Shown here: piece by piece, positions 43,592 to 53,166 of the stretch | Layout: every line of letters begins with the position of its first letter | How positions within the stretch are numbered: the first letter of the stretch is position 1 | NCBI GenBank assembly: GCA_964627815.1 | Contig: CAZVKE010000002.1 | Span: forward strand, 272,123 to 336,122 | Origin: an uncultured Leptospiraceae bacterium | GTDB taxonomy: Bacteria; Spirochaetota; UBA4802; JAGODF01 | Direction of reading: 5' to 3' | Length of the DNA stretch: 64,000 bases | The notes under the pieces: generated by a model | Seen by the model: only the letters and a program-made list of their open reading frames with translations | Databases searched by the model: none | What the model was told of the DNA's origin: nothing | Position numbers and translations under genes: made by a program

Positions 43592-45601
43592 ATGTATCCT
43601 CTGCTCTTCTCACCCATTACCATCAACCGGCTCGAGATCAAAAACCGGATTGCCTACCCGTCAATGGGGCTCCTCTATTCGCACGACGGCGCCGTCAACG
43701 ACCGCTACCGTGACTATTTCCGGGAGAAGGCGCGCGGCGGCGCCGGCATCGTCACCGTCGGACCGGTGCGGATCGACTGGGTTGGCGGCATGGGCGTCAC
43801 GCTTTCCCTCGCCGACGACAGGGATATCGCGCCGATTTCGGAACTTGCGCGCGTTATTAAAGATGAGGGCGCGCGGGCGTGGATACAGCTCTTTCACGCG
43901 GGCGGATACGCGGCGTCGTGGCTCATTGGAGGCGAGCGTCCCATGGGGCCATCCGAGGTCTACAACAGCTATTCAAAGGAGACGCCGCGCGCGATGACAC
44001 TTGAGGAGGTCGAAGGGACGGTGGAGAATTTTATCCGCGCAGCGGAGCGCGCCCGCGACGCGGGATTTGAGGGAGTTGAGATCATCGCGTCGGCCGGTTA
44101 CCTGATCACGCAGTTCCTCTCCCCGATCAGGAATGTCCGCACCGACCGTTACGGCGGAAGTTTCGAAAACCGGACGCGCTTCCCGCGCGAGGTGCTGGAA
44201 GGAATGCGCAGGCGCCTCGGCCGCGATTTCCCGATCTCGGTGAGAATGGCGGGAAACGATTTTATCCCCGGCAGCAACACTGACCTGGAGGCGCCCGACA
44301 TCGCGTGCGTGTATGAGGCCGCGGGGGCCGATCTCATAAACGTCACGGGCGGGTGGCATGAGGCACGTATCCCCCAGCTCCCGATGCGGGTGCCCCGCGG
44401 CGCGTACTCATATCTCGCGCTCAATATCAAGCGTGCGGTCTCGGTCCCGGTAATGGCGTCGAACCGGATCGCCACACCTCGTGAAGCCGAGCGCATTATC
44501 GGCGACGGCATGGCCGACATGGTCAATCTCGGGCGCGTGCTTCTCGCCGATCCGTACTGGCCCCGCAAGGCGTTTGACGGCAGGGAAAGTGAGATCAGGC
44601 CGTGCATCGCCTGTAACCAGGGCTGCACTGATACGATCTTCAACGGTGAGGCGGTTTTCTGCGTGGTCAATCCGAGGGCGGGATACGAAGGCGTGCGAAA
44701 TATCGAAAAGACCGCGTCGCCGAAAAAGGTGGTTGTCGCCGGCGCCGGCCCCGGGGGACTCGAGGCGGCGGTCTGCGCGGCGGAAGCGGGCCATCGTGTC
44801 GAGGTCTATGAGCGAGAGGGTTCAATTGGCGGGCAGCTGCGCATAGCCGGCGCTCCCCCGCACAAGGAGGAAATTTTCGAGATAATACGCTACTATGAGG
44901 CGATGCTCGCGAAGCACAAAATTCCGTTGCATCTCAACTCCGCGCTTACCGGGGAAACCGTTGCAAGCCTCAACGCGGATGCCGTTATCGTCGCGGAAGG
45001 CGCGGTCGCGTCCCGTCCGCCGATCGAAGGGGCCGATGACGCCTCGGTGCTTTCCTCATGGAGCGTGCTCGCGGGAATTCCCGTGCCCGGAGAGGAAGTC
45101 GCGGTGATCGGCGGCGGCGCGGTCGGCATGGAAACGGCGCATTTTCTCGCGGCAAAGGGCACGCTCACGCCGGAGGTGCTGCACTTTCTCTTTTCCTATG
45201 AGGGTGAAAGCGTTGATCGCCTGAAGGAGCTGGTGAAGCGTGGCACCAAACGGGTCACCATCTTCGAGATGCAGCCCCGCATCGGCGGGGACGTGGGAAG
45301 GTCGACGCGATGGGTGCTTTCCGGCGATCTGGAACGTCTGGGCGTTCGCGTGATTACCGGCGCGCGGGTGGTTTCAATCCGCGACGGTGTGGTCAGCTGG
45401 CGCGCCGACGGCTGCGAAAACGCCAGGAAGTTCGATGCTGTCGTGATGGCGGCCGGATCCGAGCCGGTGACCGCTCTCTCGAGAGCGCTTGATGATGCGG
45501 GAGTCAGGCATGTGGCCGTCGGCGACTGCCTGAAGCCGCGCAGGATCAACGACGCGATCCACGAGGCGTTCCTCGCGGTGATGAAGCTTGAGGGGAACTG
45601 A
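43592..45601 (+). CDS. fadH: 2,4-dienoyl-CoA reductase-like oxidoreductase (OYE-type FMN TIM barrel + FAD/NAD(P) Rossmann domain)
   Basis: The Old Yellow Enzyme core (RIAYPSMGL...HAGG...GFEGVEIIASAGYLITQFLSP..N.RTDRYGGS) is followed by a Cys cluster region (CIACNQGC), then VVVAGAGPGGLEAA and a second GGGAVGME nucleotide-binding motif. Confidence 0.8.
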   Translation: MYPLLFSPITINRLEIKNRIAYPSMGLLYSHDGAVNDRYRDYFREKARGGAGIVTVGPVRIDWVGGMGVTLSLADDRDIAPISELARVIKDEGARAWIQLFHAGGYAASWLIGGERPMGPSEVYNSYSKETPRAMTLEEVEGTVENFIRAAERARDAGFEGVEIIASAGYLITQFLSPIRNVRTDRYGGSFENRTRFPREVLEGMRRRLGRDFPISVRMAGNDFIPGSNTDLEAPDIACVYEAAGADLINVTGGWHEARIPQLPMRVPRGAYSYLALNIKRAVSVPVMASNRIATPREAERIIGDGMADMVNLGRVLLADPYWPRKAFDGRESEIRPCIACNQGCTDTIFNGEAVFCVVNPRAGYEGVRNIEKTASPKKVVVAGAGPGGLEAAVCAAEAGHRVEVYEREGSIGGQLRIAGAPPHKEEIFEIIRYYEAMLAKHKIPLHLNSALTGETVASLNADAVIVAEGAVASRPPIEGADDASVLSSWSVLAGIPVPGEEVAVIGGGAVGMETAHFLAAKGTLTPEVLHFLFSYEGESVDRLKELVKRGTKRVTIFEMQPRIGGDVGRSTRWVLSGDLERLGVRVITGARVVSIRDGVVSWRADGCENARKFDAVVMAAGSEPVTALSRALDDAGVRHVAVGDCLKPRRINDAIHEAFLAVMKLEGN

Positions 45602-45614
45602 TACCGTAAAACGT

Positions 45615-47006
45615 CTATCTGAAAGAAATGATAAATTCCGTGCCGGTCTTTCCGCCGCGCTTTATAGTGCCGTTTATGTCGTTGACCAGTATGCTGACGA
45701 TCTGAAGCCCCATTGATTTCAGCTTCAGGTGGTCAAACTCACCGGGCATGCCGACGCCGTTATCACGCACGCTGAGCGTGTGTGTCCCGCTTTCCGGATC
45801 GAGCGCGAATTCGATCGTGATCTCGTTGCCGCTGTCCTTCGAAAACGCGTGCTTGAAACAGTTGGTTACAAGCTCGTTTACGATAAGGCCGCAGGAGCGC
45901 GACCGTTTGAGGTCGAGCCTGAGCGGTTGGATATTAGTGGTCATCCTGACCGAATGGCTCCTGTCACTGTATGCATAGAGAAGGTTTTTTAGAATGGTCG
46001 AAATGTATTCCTTGAAATCGATGGTTCCCGGTTCGTTCGAGGTGTAGAGCTTCTGGTGAATGATCGATATCGCCTGTATCCTGTTGCTGCATTCCCTGAA
46101 CAGCTCGTGGATGTCTCTGGTCTGAATGTCCTGCGATTGAAGAAACAGAAGGTTTGATATGATCTGCAGGTCGTTTTTGATGTGATGGGATGTTTCGCGA
46201 TAGAGCGTCTCCTTCTCCTTCATCGCGCGCACCATTTCGCGGATATGGCATTTCTGCTCGGTTACATCACGGATGGTGCACAGAATCATCGGTTCGCTTT
46301 CTACGCGGGAAGCCGAAAGGGAGATCGAATATACCGCAGCAGAGCAGTCTTTCTTGGATCCGGGGATATCGTCAAAGAGCAAAGGCCTGGCGCCTTCAAA
46401 GCGTGCCGAGGGAGAGAGAAGCGACTCCGCCTGGCGTTCGATGGCGTCCCGGTGAGGTTCGTCGATGAAAAAGTTGAATGAAAGGTCAACCGCGTCGTTC
46501 TCCGTGTATCCTGTAATACAGGCGGCTTCCTTGTTCCAGAACACTATCCTGTACGCGCTGTTGACAAGCGCGATACCGAAGGGAAGGGAGTCGGCGAGCA
46601 GCCTGAACCGCTCGATGATGCTGTCCGCGGCGGCGCGCTGCGACTTCTGCGCCGTGGCGATCTCGATGGCCGCCTTGATCTCATCGGGATGGTACGGCTT
46701 GATGATGTATCCTGACGGGCAGATTTTTTTCGCACGGTCGATATAGGCGTCATCGCCGTAGGCGGTGAGGAAAATTACGGGAATGTCAAGCTCGTTGATG
46801 ATGATCTCGGACGCGTCGATCCCGTCAAGGCTTCCCGGCATTACGATATCCATGAGCACAATGTCGGGATGAATGTCGCGCGCGAGGCTGATCCCCTCCT
46901 CGCCGGAAGAAGCCCTGCCGACCACGTTGTATCCCATCGTAGTGAGGCGCTCCTCGAGCTGGGCGGTTATGAGCGCCTCGTCATCGACAACCATTACATT
47001 TTTCAT
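45615..47006 (-). CDS. Hybrid sensor kinase: N-terminal receiver, PAS, HisKA_2/HWE-type kinase
   Basis: MKNVMVVDDEALITAQ...IVLMDIVMPGSLDGIDAS is REC; a PAS follows; ETSHHIKNDLQIISNLLFLQS is a HisKA_2 H-box; HATPase_c is at the C-terminus. Confidence 0.8.
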   Translation of the reverse strand: MKNVMVVDDEALITAQLEERLTTMGYNVVGRASSGEEGISLARDIHPDIVLMDIVMPGSLDGIDASEIIINELDIPVIFLTAYGDDAYIDRAKKICPSGYIIKPYHPDEIKAAIEIATAQKSQRAAADSIIERFRLLADSLPFGIALVNSAYRIVFWNKEAACITGYTENDAVDLSFNFFIDEPHRDAIERQAESLLSPSARFEGARPLLFDDIPGSKKDCSAAVYSISLSASRVESEPMILCTIRDVTEQKCHIREMVRAMKEKETLYRETSHHIKNDLQIISNLLFLQSQDIQTRDIHELFRECSNRIQAISIIHQKLYTSNEPGTIDFKEYISTILKNLLYAYSDRSHSVRMTTNIQPLRLDLKRSRSCGLIVNELVTNCFKHAFSKDSGNEITIEFALDPESGTHTLSVRDNGVGMPGEFDHLKLKSMGLQIVSILVNDINGTIKRGGKTGTEFIISFR

Positions 47007-47297
47007 GTCGTGCTCCGAATAAATTCAATCGACGGTCAGGTCTTGCATCTTGAAGGCGAACATCGATTCCGGAAACAGTCTGTCCGCCGTTGCCACGTGA
47101 AAAGCCGGTGCTTTCTCTATATCGGTCAAGATGGGATATTGAAGGATGATCAACAATCCGGATTTTTTAATATTAAAAAGAGGGAATCTGTCAAATATCT
47201 TTTATGAGATTTTTTCTTTTTTTACCTGAGGTAAAGAGGGCGGATATGGTTTTTCCGGGAATACGGGCGGAATGAATGGAATTCCGACTATTGGTCA

Positions 47298-48716
47298 TTA
47301 AAAGCTGATTCCGGCCTGAATTCCCGCCATGATTTCACCGTAGAATACATCGCCCTGGAGTCGCTTGACCAGGTAATAGCTCGCCAGAATCTCCGCGGGC
47401 GTCTGAAGGATCGCGACGCCGTTGTTCGCGATGGTTTCATAATAGCCGAATGCCTGCGCGGCAAGTGATATCGCGATCGTCGACATGGACTGGTTGTAGA
47501 CCGGGATATATCCGGAATAGCCGAGATAGGCCCCGATCGTCAGGTGGTTGTAAAAAGTCATGCTGTACGTGTTGCGCACCTGCGACCGGTAGAAAAGATC
47601 GGTATCGACCGCTACCTGCTGCTGGTTGCGGCTGTAGTCATAAATATAATGGACGGTTTCACCGTCGGGTTTTTCAAAACGGGAGAGGCCGTATGTACCT
47701 TCGCACGCGAAGCGAAGGCCGCGGTATTTTGACTCGACGTAGATGTATCCCGAATGCGTCTTTGACGAGATCATCTCCACCGCGTCATCCTCGCGGACGT
47801 AGAGGGGTGCGTCGATCTGTGTATACCGGTATCCGAACGCTACCTTGTAGTCCGTCTTCGCGAGCACAAGCCCGATCGTGTAGGACTGCTGGAACATGTT
47901 GATGAGGTTCTGCCCGCCGGGGTTGAGCGTGATCGTCTGGGTGCGGTCCTTGAAAACCGTCGGCTGTGACACCACCACTTCGGTCTGGAAAAGGCGGTAT
48001 TCGCTGTTGGTGTAGAGGCCGATGCTGTACTGGCTTCCCGTCCTGAATTTGAACGGCGTGAAAAAACCGACAAGGCTCAGGAGGCGTTCCCTCGTCTTCG
48101 CTTCCTCCTCGCGCGAGGCGATGTCCTCACGGTTCAGGTAATCGTCTTTCAGGTTCGTCTGCTCGAGGGAGTTTTTTACCCGCAGGTCGAACCCGATAAA
48201 GTTAAAGCGAAGGCCCGCGCGCAGATCATAGTAGTAGAGCGGATAGGTGTTGATGGTGACGTTCTCGTTTTTGGGAAGAAGATAGCCGGGATCGATATAA
48301 TAATAGTCGACGCCGGCACGCGCGCTGATGTAGGGAAAGTTCCAGACGAATGAGTTCCAGCCAAGCGCGGATTGGGGCCCGACCTGCTGCCCGCCGTTCT
48401 GGTCGGGGGTTGGAGAGATGCGATCGAGCTCCTGTTTATAGCGGGTCTGGATCCGCTGCAGGGCGGTAAGAAGAGGCCGGTTGTTCCTGATGCCCGCGAT
48501 GCCGGTGAGGTCAGTGCACAGAAAGTTCTTGGCATCGAGTTCGGCGCGGTAGCGTGCGCGCTCTCCGGGGGGAGTCGCGGCGTTGATTTCGCTCTGGAGC
48601 CGCGCATAAAAGGGGCCGAGCGGTTGATTCACCGGTTGAGCGTTTATCCGGATCGCGGCAAGCTGAAACGCGACAGCCGATGCGAAAAGCACCATAATAA
48701 TTTTTTTCATCTCCAT
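47298..48716 (-). CDS. Outer-membrane beta-barrel protein (hypothetical)
   Basis: Signal peptide MKKIIMVLFASAVAFQLAAIRINAQ; abundant Tyr/Gly amphipathic strands; the C-terminus is ...GIQAGISF. The start is taken at MEMKK. Confidence 0.65.
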   Translation of the reverse strand: MEMKKIIMVLFASAVAFQLAAIRINAQPVNQPLGPFYARLQSEINAATPPGERARYRAELDAKNFLCTDLTGIAGIRNNRPLLTALQRIQTRYKQELDRISPTPDQNGGQQVGPQSALGWNSFVWNFPYISARAGVDYYYIDPGYLLPKNENVTINTYPLYYYDLRAGLRFNFIGFDLRVKNSLEQTNLKDDYLNREDIASREEEAKTRERLLSLVGFFTPFKFRTGSQYSIGLYTNSEYRLFQTEVVVSQPTVFKDRTQTITLNPGGQNLINMFQQSYTIGLVLAKTDYKVAFGYRYTQIDAPLYVREDDAVEMISSKTHSGYIYVESKYRGLRFACEGTYGLSRFEKPDGETVHYIYDYSRNQQQVAVDTDLFYRSQVRNTYSMTFYNHLTIGAYLGYSGYIPVYNQSMSTIAISLAAQAFGYYETIANNGVAILQTPAEILASYYLVKRLQGDVFYGEIMAGIQAGISF

Positions 48717-48824
48717 GCCCCCATCAGGAAGATGACAGTCTCTTGAAACGATCGTGTGAATGGTAGGATATATCCACAAAAAGCGCCTGTCAACCGATAT
48801 TCGCCGCTCGCGGGCCGCGCCGCC

Positions 48825-50120
48825 TTATCGCGGGGACTTGAACCGGAAGGCGACTTCGGTGCCGCGCTCACGGTTGATCTCTATCCGGCCTTTGAGCTGG
48901 TCATTTACGAGCGTTCGCATCAGCTTGAGGCCTATGCTGGTGGTTTTGGCGATGTCGATGGTGTCCGGTATCCCCGATCCGTCGTCCTTCACCGAGATAA
49001 GCACTTCGCCGTCATCGTTCTTTTTAGCGGAAACGTGGATGGTGCCGCGCGCGTTTCTCGGGAACGCGTGTTTGGACGCGTTTGAAAGCGCTTCGTTGAG
49101 CACGAGGCAGCAGGGAATGGCCGTGTGTATGGGGAGAAATATTTCTGAGGACTCTACCTGGATGTCGATGGTGCTGTTGTCGTATAGGCGCCCCATGTTG
49201 TTGATGATGTCGCGCAGGCACTCGCCGACGTTGATCGAGTCGAAGCGGCTGCTCTTGTAGAGCGAGTTGTGGATGATCGACATCGTGAGGATCTTGGACT
49301 GTACGTCCTTTATCAGGTCCTGCGCGTAGCTGTCGCTGATGCGCATCGCCGACATGTCGAGCAGGCTTGAAATGATCTGAAGGTTGTTCTTGACGCGGTG
49401 GTGGATCTCGTAAAGGAGTAACTCTTTCTCCTCGAGCGAGATGCGTATGGTTTCCTCGATTTTTTTCTGCTCGGATATATCCCGCATGATGAGGAGGATG
49501 ACCTTGTCGTGCTTGAGGGAGTAGGCGTGAAAGCTTATCTCGACGGGAATGATCGAAGAATCTTTTCTGCGCACCTGCATCTGGAAGTTGTTGTAATTCT
49601 GTTCGAGGAGCTTTTTCTTTATCTCGCTGATGCTGGTGAACGCCGATTTGATGATGATGTCATCGATTGACAGCGCGAGGAGCTCCTGCATTGAATACCC
49701 GAGGACCCTGATCGCCGCGTTGTTGGCGTCGATAAAGATGCCGGTGAGGGTGTTCCCTTCGATCCGGTAGAGCAGGAACGCCTCGTTCGAATTGTAGAAT
49801 ATTGAGAAATACTTCTCCATGTTGTCCCTGAGCAGTGTGTTGTATCGCTGGAGGGAGCGGTAGTCCACGTGGAGAAAGGCAAGACCGGTGATTGCGAACA
49901 GCGAGGCCGCGGCTGGAAGGGCGATGTGCCATGGGCCGGGGGGCAGTGCGCGGGAAAGCTCCCTGAAGATGCTGATCGACTGGTCGAACGCGAACAGGAT
50001 GAGTGAAACCGAAAAGAGCGCAACGCTCCTCTTTCTGATAAGCCCGAAATATGCAAAAAAGAGGAATGACGTCGCGGCCGTCAAAAGAATTACAATCGGA
50101 GAGATTATGGTGCTGTTCAT
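48825..50120 (-). CDS. Membrane-anchored PAS sensor histidine kinase, HisKA_2/HWE type
   Basis: Three N-terminal TM segments; PAS; EIHHRVKNNLQIISSLLDMSA H-box; HATPase_c (GSGIPD...GLKLM). The start overlaps the tsaB stop (ATGA). Confidence 0.8.
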   Translation of the reverse strand: MNSTIISPIVILLTAATSFLFFAYFGLIRKRSVALFSVSLILFAFDQSISIFRELSRALPPGPWHIALPAAASLFAITGLAFLHVDYRSLQRYNTLLRDNMEKYFSIFYNSNEAFLLYRIEGNTLTGIFIDANNAAIRVLGYSMQELLALSIDDIIIKSAFTSISEIKKKLLEQNYNNFQMQVRRKDSSIIPVEISFHAYSLKHDKVILLIMRDISEQKKIEETIRISLEEKELLLYEIHHRVKNNLQIISSLLDMSAMRISDSYAQDLIKDVQSKILTMSIIHNSLYKSSRFDSINVGECLRDIINNMGRLYDNSTIDIQVESSEIFLPIHTAIPCCLVLNEALSNASKHAFPRNARGTIHVSAKKNDDGEVLISVKDDGSGIPDTIDIAKTTSIGLKLMRTLVNDQLKGRIEINRERGTEVAFRFKSPR

Positions 50121-50830
50121 GACGATGGTGAAGTACCCTTCTTTTCTTTCGCGATCTCGGCGTCGGATTTGCGGGCGTAGTGGGGAAGAATCGCGTTGTA
50201 GTCATGGAAGTCCGCGGCGCCCGAGGCAAAAATGTGCCGAGCGATGGCACATGCGGCGTTGCCCGAGGGCAGAAGGTCTTCATGAAAACAAAGGTTTGCG
50301 ATGGCGTCCTTCAGGTCCGAAAGATACCGGAACGCACCGTCACCCGCGGCGTGAGTGGTGAAGCGGCTTTCCGCATGTTCAATCAGCGCCCCGATCGGAT
50401 AATCCCCCGGCGGGACGAGTATTTTCGGAGCGACGGGATTTGCGGTCCGCTGATAAAGGCCGCCGAATACGCGCCCCTTCTTCGCGTCAAATGCGATGAG
50501 GATGGTGTCCCCCTCCGCCGCGTCGAGGGAGCATGCGTAGATCAGCGGAGAGCTGATGCCGACGATCGGGACGCGCAGCGCCTGCGCGAACATGCGCGCG
50601 GTGGAGACGGCGATCCGCACGCCGGTGAACGATCCCGGCCCGATACCCACGCCGATGAGATTGATGTCGCGGATGGTGATGCCGAGCGAGGCGAGCGCGC
50701 GTTCGATATTTTCAAAAAGGGTGACCGAATGCGACGCGTCTGTTTTCCGGGTCTCGTCGGCGACGCGCTCATCCGCCGCGGCGGCGACCAGTTCGGCCTG
50801 CGTCGCGGCGTCAATTGTCAGGACGTTCAA
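50117..50830 (-). CDS. tsaB: tRNA threonylcarbamoyladenosine biosynthesis protein TsaB (YeaZ)
   Basis: MNVLTIDAATQA...GITIRDINLIGVGIGPGSFTGVRIAVSTARMFAQAL matches the inactive Kae1/TsaD-paralog family. Confidence 0.8.
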   Translation of the reverse strand: MNVLTIDAATQAELVAAAADERVADETRKTDASHSVTLFENIERALASLGITIRDINLIGVGIGPGSFTGVRIAVSTARMFAQALRVPIVGISSPLIYACSLDAAEGDTILIAFDAKKGRVFGGLYQRTANPVAPKILVPPGDYPIGALIEHAESRFTTHAAGDGAFRYLSDLKDAIANLCFHEDLLPSGNAACAIARHIFASGAADFHDYNAILPHYARKSDAEIAKEKKGTSPSS

Positions 50831-51236
50831 TGCGTATCCTCCTCGTTTCGCTGTCGACGTACTCGATCTCGATTTTCACGCTCTCCTTCGGAATGCGCGT
50901 CCCCGCGCGGTCGGCCCACTCGATGACGGAGACGCCGTCGCCTTCCCAGTATTCCTCGAAAAAGAGCTGGTCGAATTCCCCATCGGCCTCTATCCGGTAC
51001 AGGTCGAAGTGGTAGAGCGGCACATCGCGCTCATATACTTCGAGGAGCGTGAAGGTCGGGCTGGTGATATCCTCATCGATCCCCAGGCCGAGCGCGATTC
51101 CCTTGGCGATAACCGTTTTGCCCGAACCGAGCCCCCCGGACAGCGCAAAGACGTCCCCGCGCTTCGCGCCGCGCCCGAGCTCGGCGCCGAGCCGCAGCGT
51201 TTCTTCAGCCGATCGTGTTTCCAGTATCCGGATCAT
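50811..51236 (-). CDS. tsaE: tRNA t6A ATPase TsaE (YjeE)
   Basis: GDVFALSGGLGSGKTVIAKGIALGLGI...SPTFTL...YHFDLYR has a Walker A and the TsaE signature. Confidence 0.85.
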   Translation of the reverse strand: MIRILETRSAEETLRLGAELGRGAKRGDVFALSGGLGSGKTVIAKGIALGLGIDEDITSPTFTLLEVYERDVPLYHFDLYRIEADGEFDQLFFEEYWEGDGVSVIEWADRAGTRIPKESVKIEIEYVDSETRRIRIERPDN

Positions 51237-51379
51237 TGCTCCCGCATCTGTCAGGTTTGATGTATATTATCTGTTCCCTGCCGATAATGTTGTAAATAAC
51301 AAAATCTTTTTGCCTTGCATCTTTCCGCCGTATTTTGAATTACTGGTGCGGACATGATATATTGATATCAGGAATACCT

Positions 51380-53026
51380 ATGAATTTTCTTCCCCTGACC
51401 AAAGATGAGGTGCGCTCGCGCGGATGGAGCGAAGTCGATGTGGTGCTCGTCACCGGCGACGCGTACGTCGACCACCCGTCGTTCGGGACCGCGGTGATCG
51501 GTCGCGTGCTTGAAAGCCGCGGATACCGCGTCGCGGTCATCTCGATGCCTCACTGGCAGGACCCGGAATCGATCGCCGTTTTCGGAAAACCGAGGCTTTT
51601 CTTCGGGGTGAGCGCGGGCAACGTCGACTCACAGCTTTCGCGCTTCACGGCGTTCGGCAAGGTGCGCAACGACGATCCGTACGCGCCGGGCGGGGCCGGG
51701 GGGATGCGTCCCGCGCAGGCCACGACTGTCTACTGCAACATGATACGCCGCGCGTTCAAAGACGTGCCGATCGTCATCGGGGGAGTCGAGGCCTCGATGC
51801 GCAGGCTCCCGTACTATGATTTCTGGTCCGACCGCGCGCGGCGTTCCGTCATCCTTGACTGCCGCGCCGATATCCTTGTCTACGGGATGGGAGAGCGCCA
51901 GATCGTCGAGATCGCCTCGCGGCTTGACCGAGGCGAAAATCTCAGCGGGATCGAAGGCACCGTCGAGATCGTGAGGACGCAACCGGCCGGCGCGGTGATG
52001 CTTCCGTCGGAGGAGGAAGTGATCGGCGATAAAGAGGCCTTTATCCGCCAGTATTCGATCCTTTTCAAAAACCAGCACCGGGTACTTGTCCAGCCGACGG
52101 CAGCGCGTTTTCTCGTGCAGCACCCGGCGCCACGCATGAGCTCAGAGGAGCTTGACGCGGTGTACGCGCTTCCGTTCACGCGCCTTCCTCACCCCTCGTA
52201 CGGCGACCGCGCGATACCCGCGTTTGAAATGATACGCTGCTCGGTCACCTCCCACCGCGGGTGCGTGTCTGGCTGCTCGTTCTGTTCGCTTTCGCTCCAC
52301 CAGGGGCGGCGCATCGTGGCGAGAAGCCGCGAATCGGTGCTTGACGAGGTGAGGCGCCTCTCCGCGATGGATTATTTCAGGGGGCATGTGACCGATATCG
52401 GCGGACCGTCCGCCAACATGTACGGCTACGACTGCGCGAAAGGCTGGAAGTGCGGCCGTGAAAGCTGCGCGTTTCCCGGTCTCTGCCCCAACCTCGCGGT
52501 GCGCACCGGCCCGTGGATCGACCTTCTCGGCGCGGCGAAAAAAATATCGGGCGTGAAACACGTAACGGTGGGATCGGGCGTGCGATACGATCTTCTCATG
52601 CGCGACGACGAGCGCCATCTCGCCGAGCTCATGAAACACCACGTCAGCGGCCAGCTCAAAATCGCTCCCGAGCACACTTCCGGGCAGGTGCTTCGCGCGA
52701 TGCGCAAGCGCCCGGTGTATCCGATCGATGAGTTTGTCGGCCACTTCCGCGCCATCAGCAGGCGGATAGGGAAAGAGGAGTATCTGATCCCGTACCTGAT
52801 GTCGTGCCACCCCGGCTGCGGCGTTGAGGAGATGCGCTCCATGCGCGAAGAGGTCCGCTCCGTGTTCGGATATATGCCGGACCAGGTGCAGGCATTTATC
52901 CCCCTGCCCATGACGCTCTCGTCGGTGATCTACTACACCGGCGTCGATCCCCTTACCGGCGAGCGCTTCTTCGTGGAGCGCGATCCGAAGAAACGGCGCG
53001 CACAGCACGATCTGTTTTTCAGGTGA
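51380..53026 (+). CDS. ygiQ: YgiQ-family radical SAM protein (UPF0313)
   Basis: The N-terminal domain (DVVLVTGDAYVDHPSFG) and CSVTSHRGCVSGCSFCS radical-SAM cluster are typical of YgiQ. The start is taken at MNFLPL with SD AGGA upstream. Confidence 0.8.
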   Translation: MNFLPLTKDEVRSRGWSEVDVVLVTGDAYVDHPSFGTAVIGRVLESRGYRVAVISMPHWQDPESIAVFGKPRLFFGVSAGNVDSQLSRFTAFGKVRNDDPYAPGGAGGMRPAQATTVYCNMIRRAFKDVPIVIGGVEASMRRLPYYDFWSDRARRSVILDCRADILVYGMGERQIVEIASRLDRGENLSGIEGTVEIVRTQPAGAVMLPSEEEVIGDKEAFIRQYSILFKNQHRVLVQPTAARFLVQHPAPRMSSEELDAVYALPFTRLPHPSYGDRAIPAFEMIRCSVTSHRGCVSGCSFCSLSLHQGRRIVARSRESVLDEVRRLSAMDYFRGHVTDIGGPSANMYGYDCAKGWKCGRESCAFPGLCPNLAVRTGPWIDLLGAAKKISGVKHVTVGSGVRYDLLMRDDERHLAELMKHHVSGQLKIAPEHTSGQVLRAMRKRPVYPIDEFVGHFRAISRRIGKEEYLIPYLMSCHPGCGVEEMRSMREEVRSVFGYMPDQVQAFIPLPMTLSSVIYYTGVDPLTGERFFVERDPKKRRAQHDLFFR

Positions 53027-53166
53027 CGCGTCTCATCCATCCGCTCCGCAATACCGCCGCAGGGAACATTCCTGAATAATAATTGTAATTGACCGGAGAT
53101 AAAACAAAGGATTCCCTGTTCACAGGCGGATTTCGGCATCCACATTTCAAGGACAGGTAACGCGTT

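Noticed and set aside
52142-53008. 288-aa minus-strand ORF inside ygiQ
   Set aside because: It is antisense to the radical-SAM YgiQ gene, and its Arg/His/Ala-rich translation is typical of GC-rich antisense frames.
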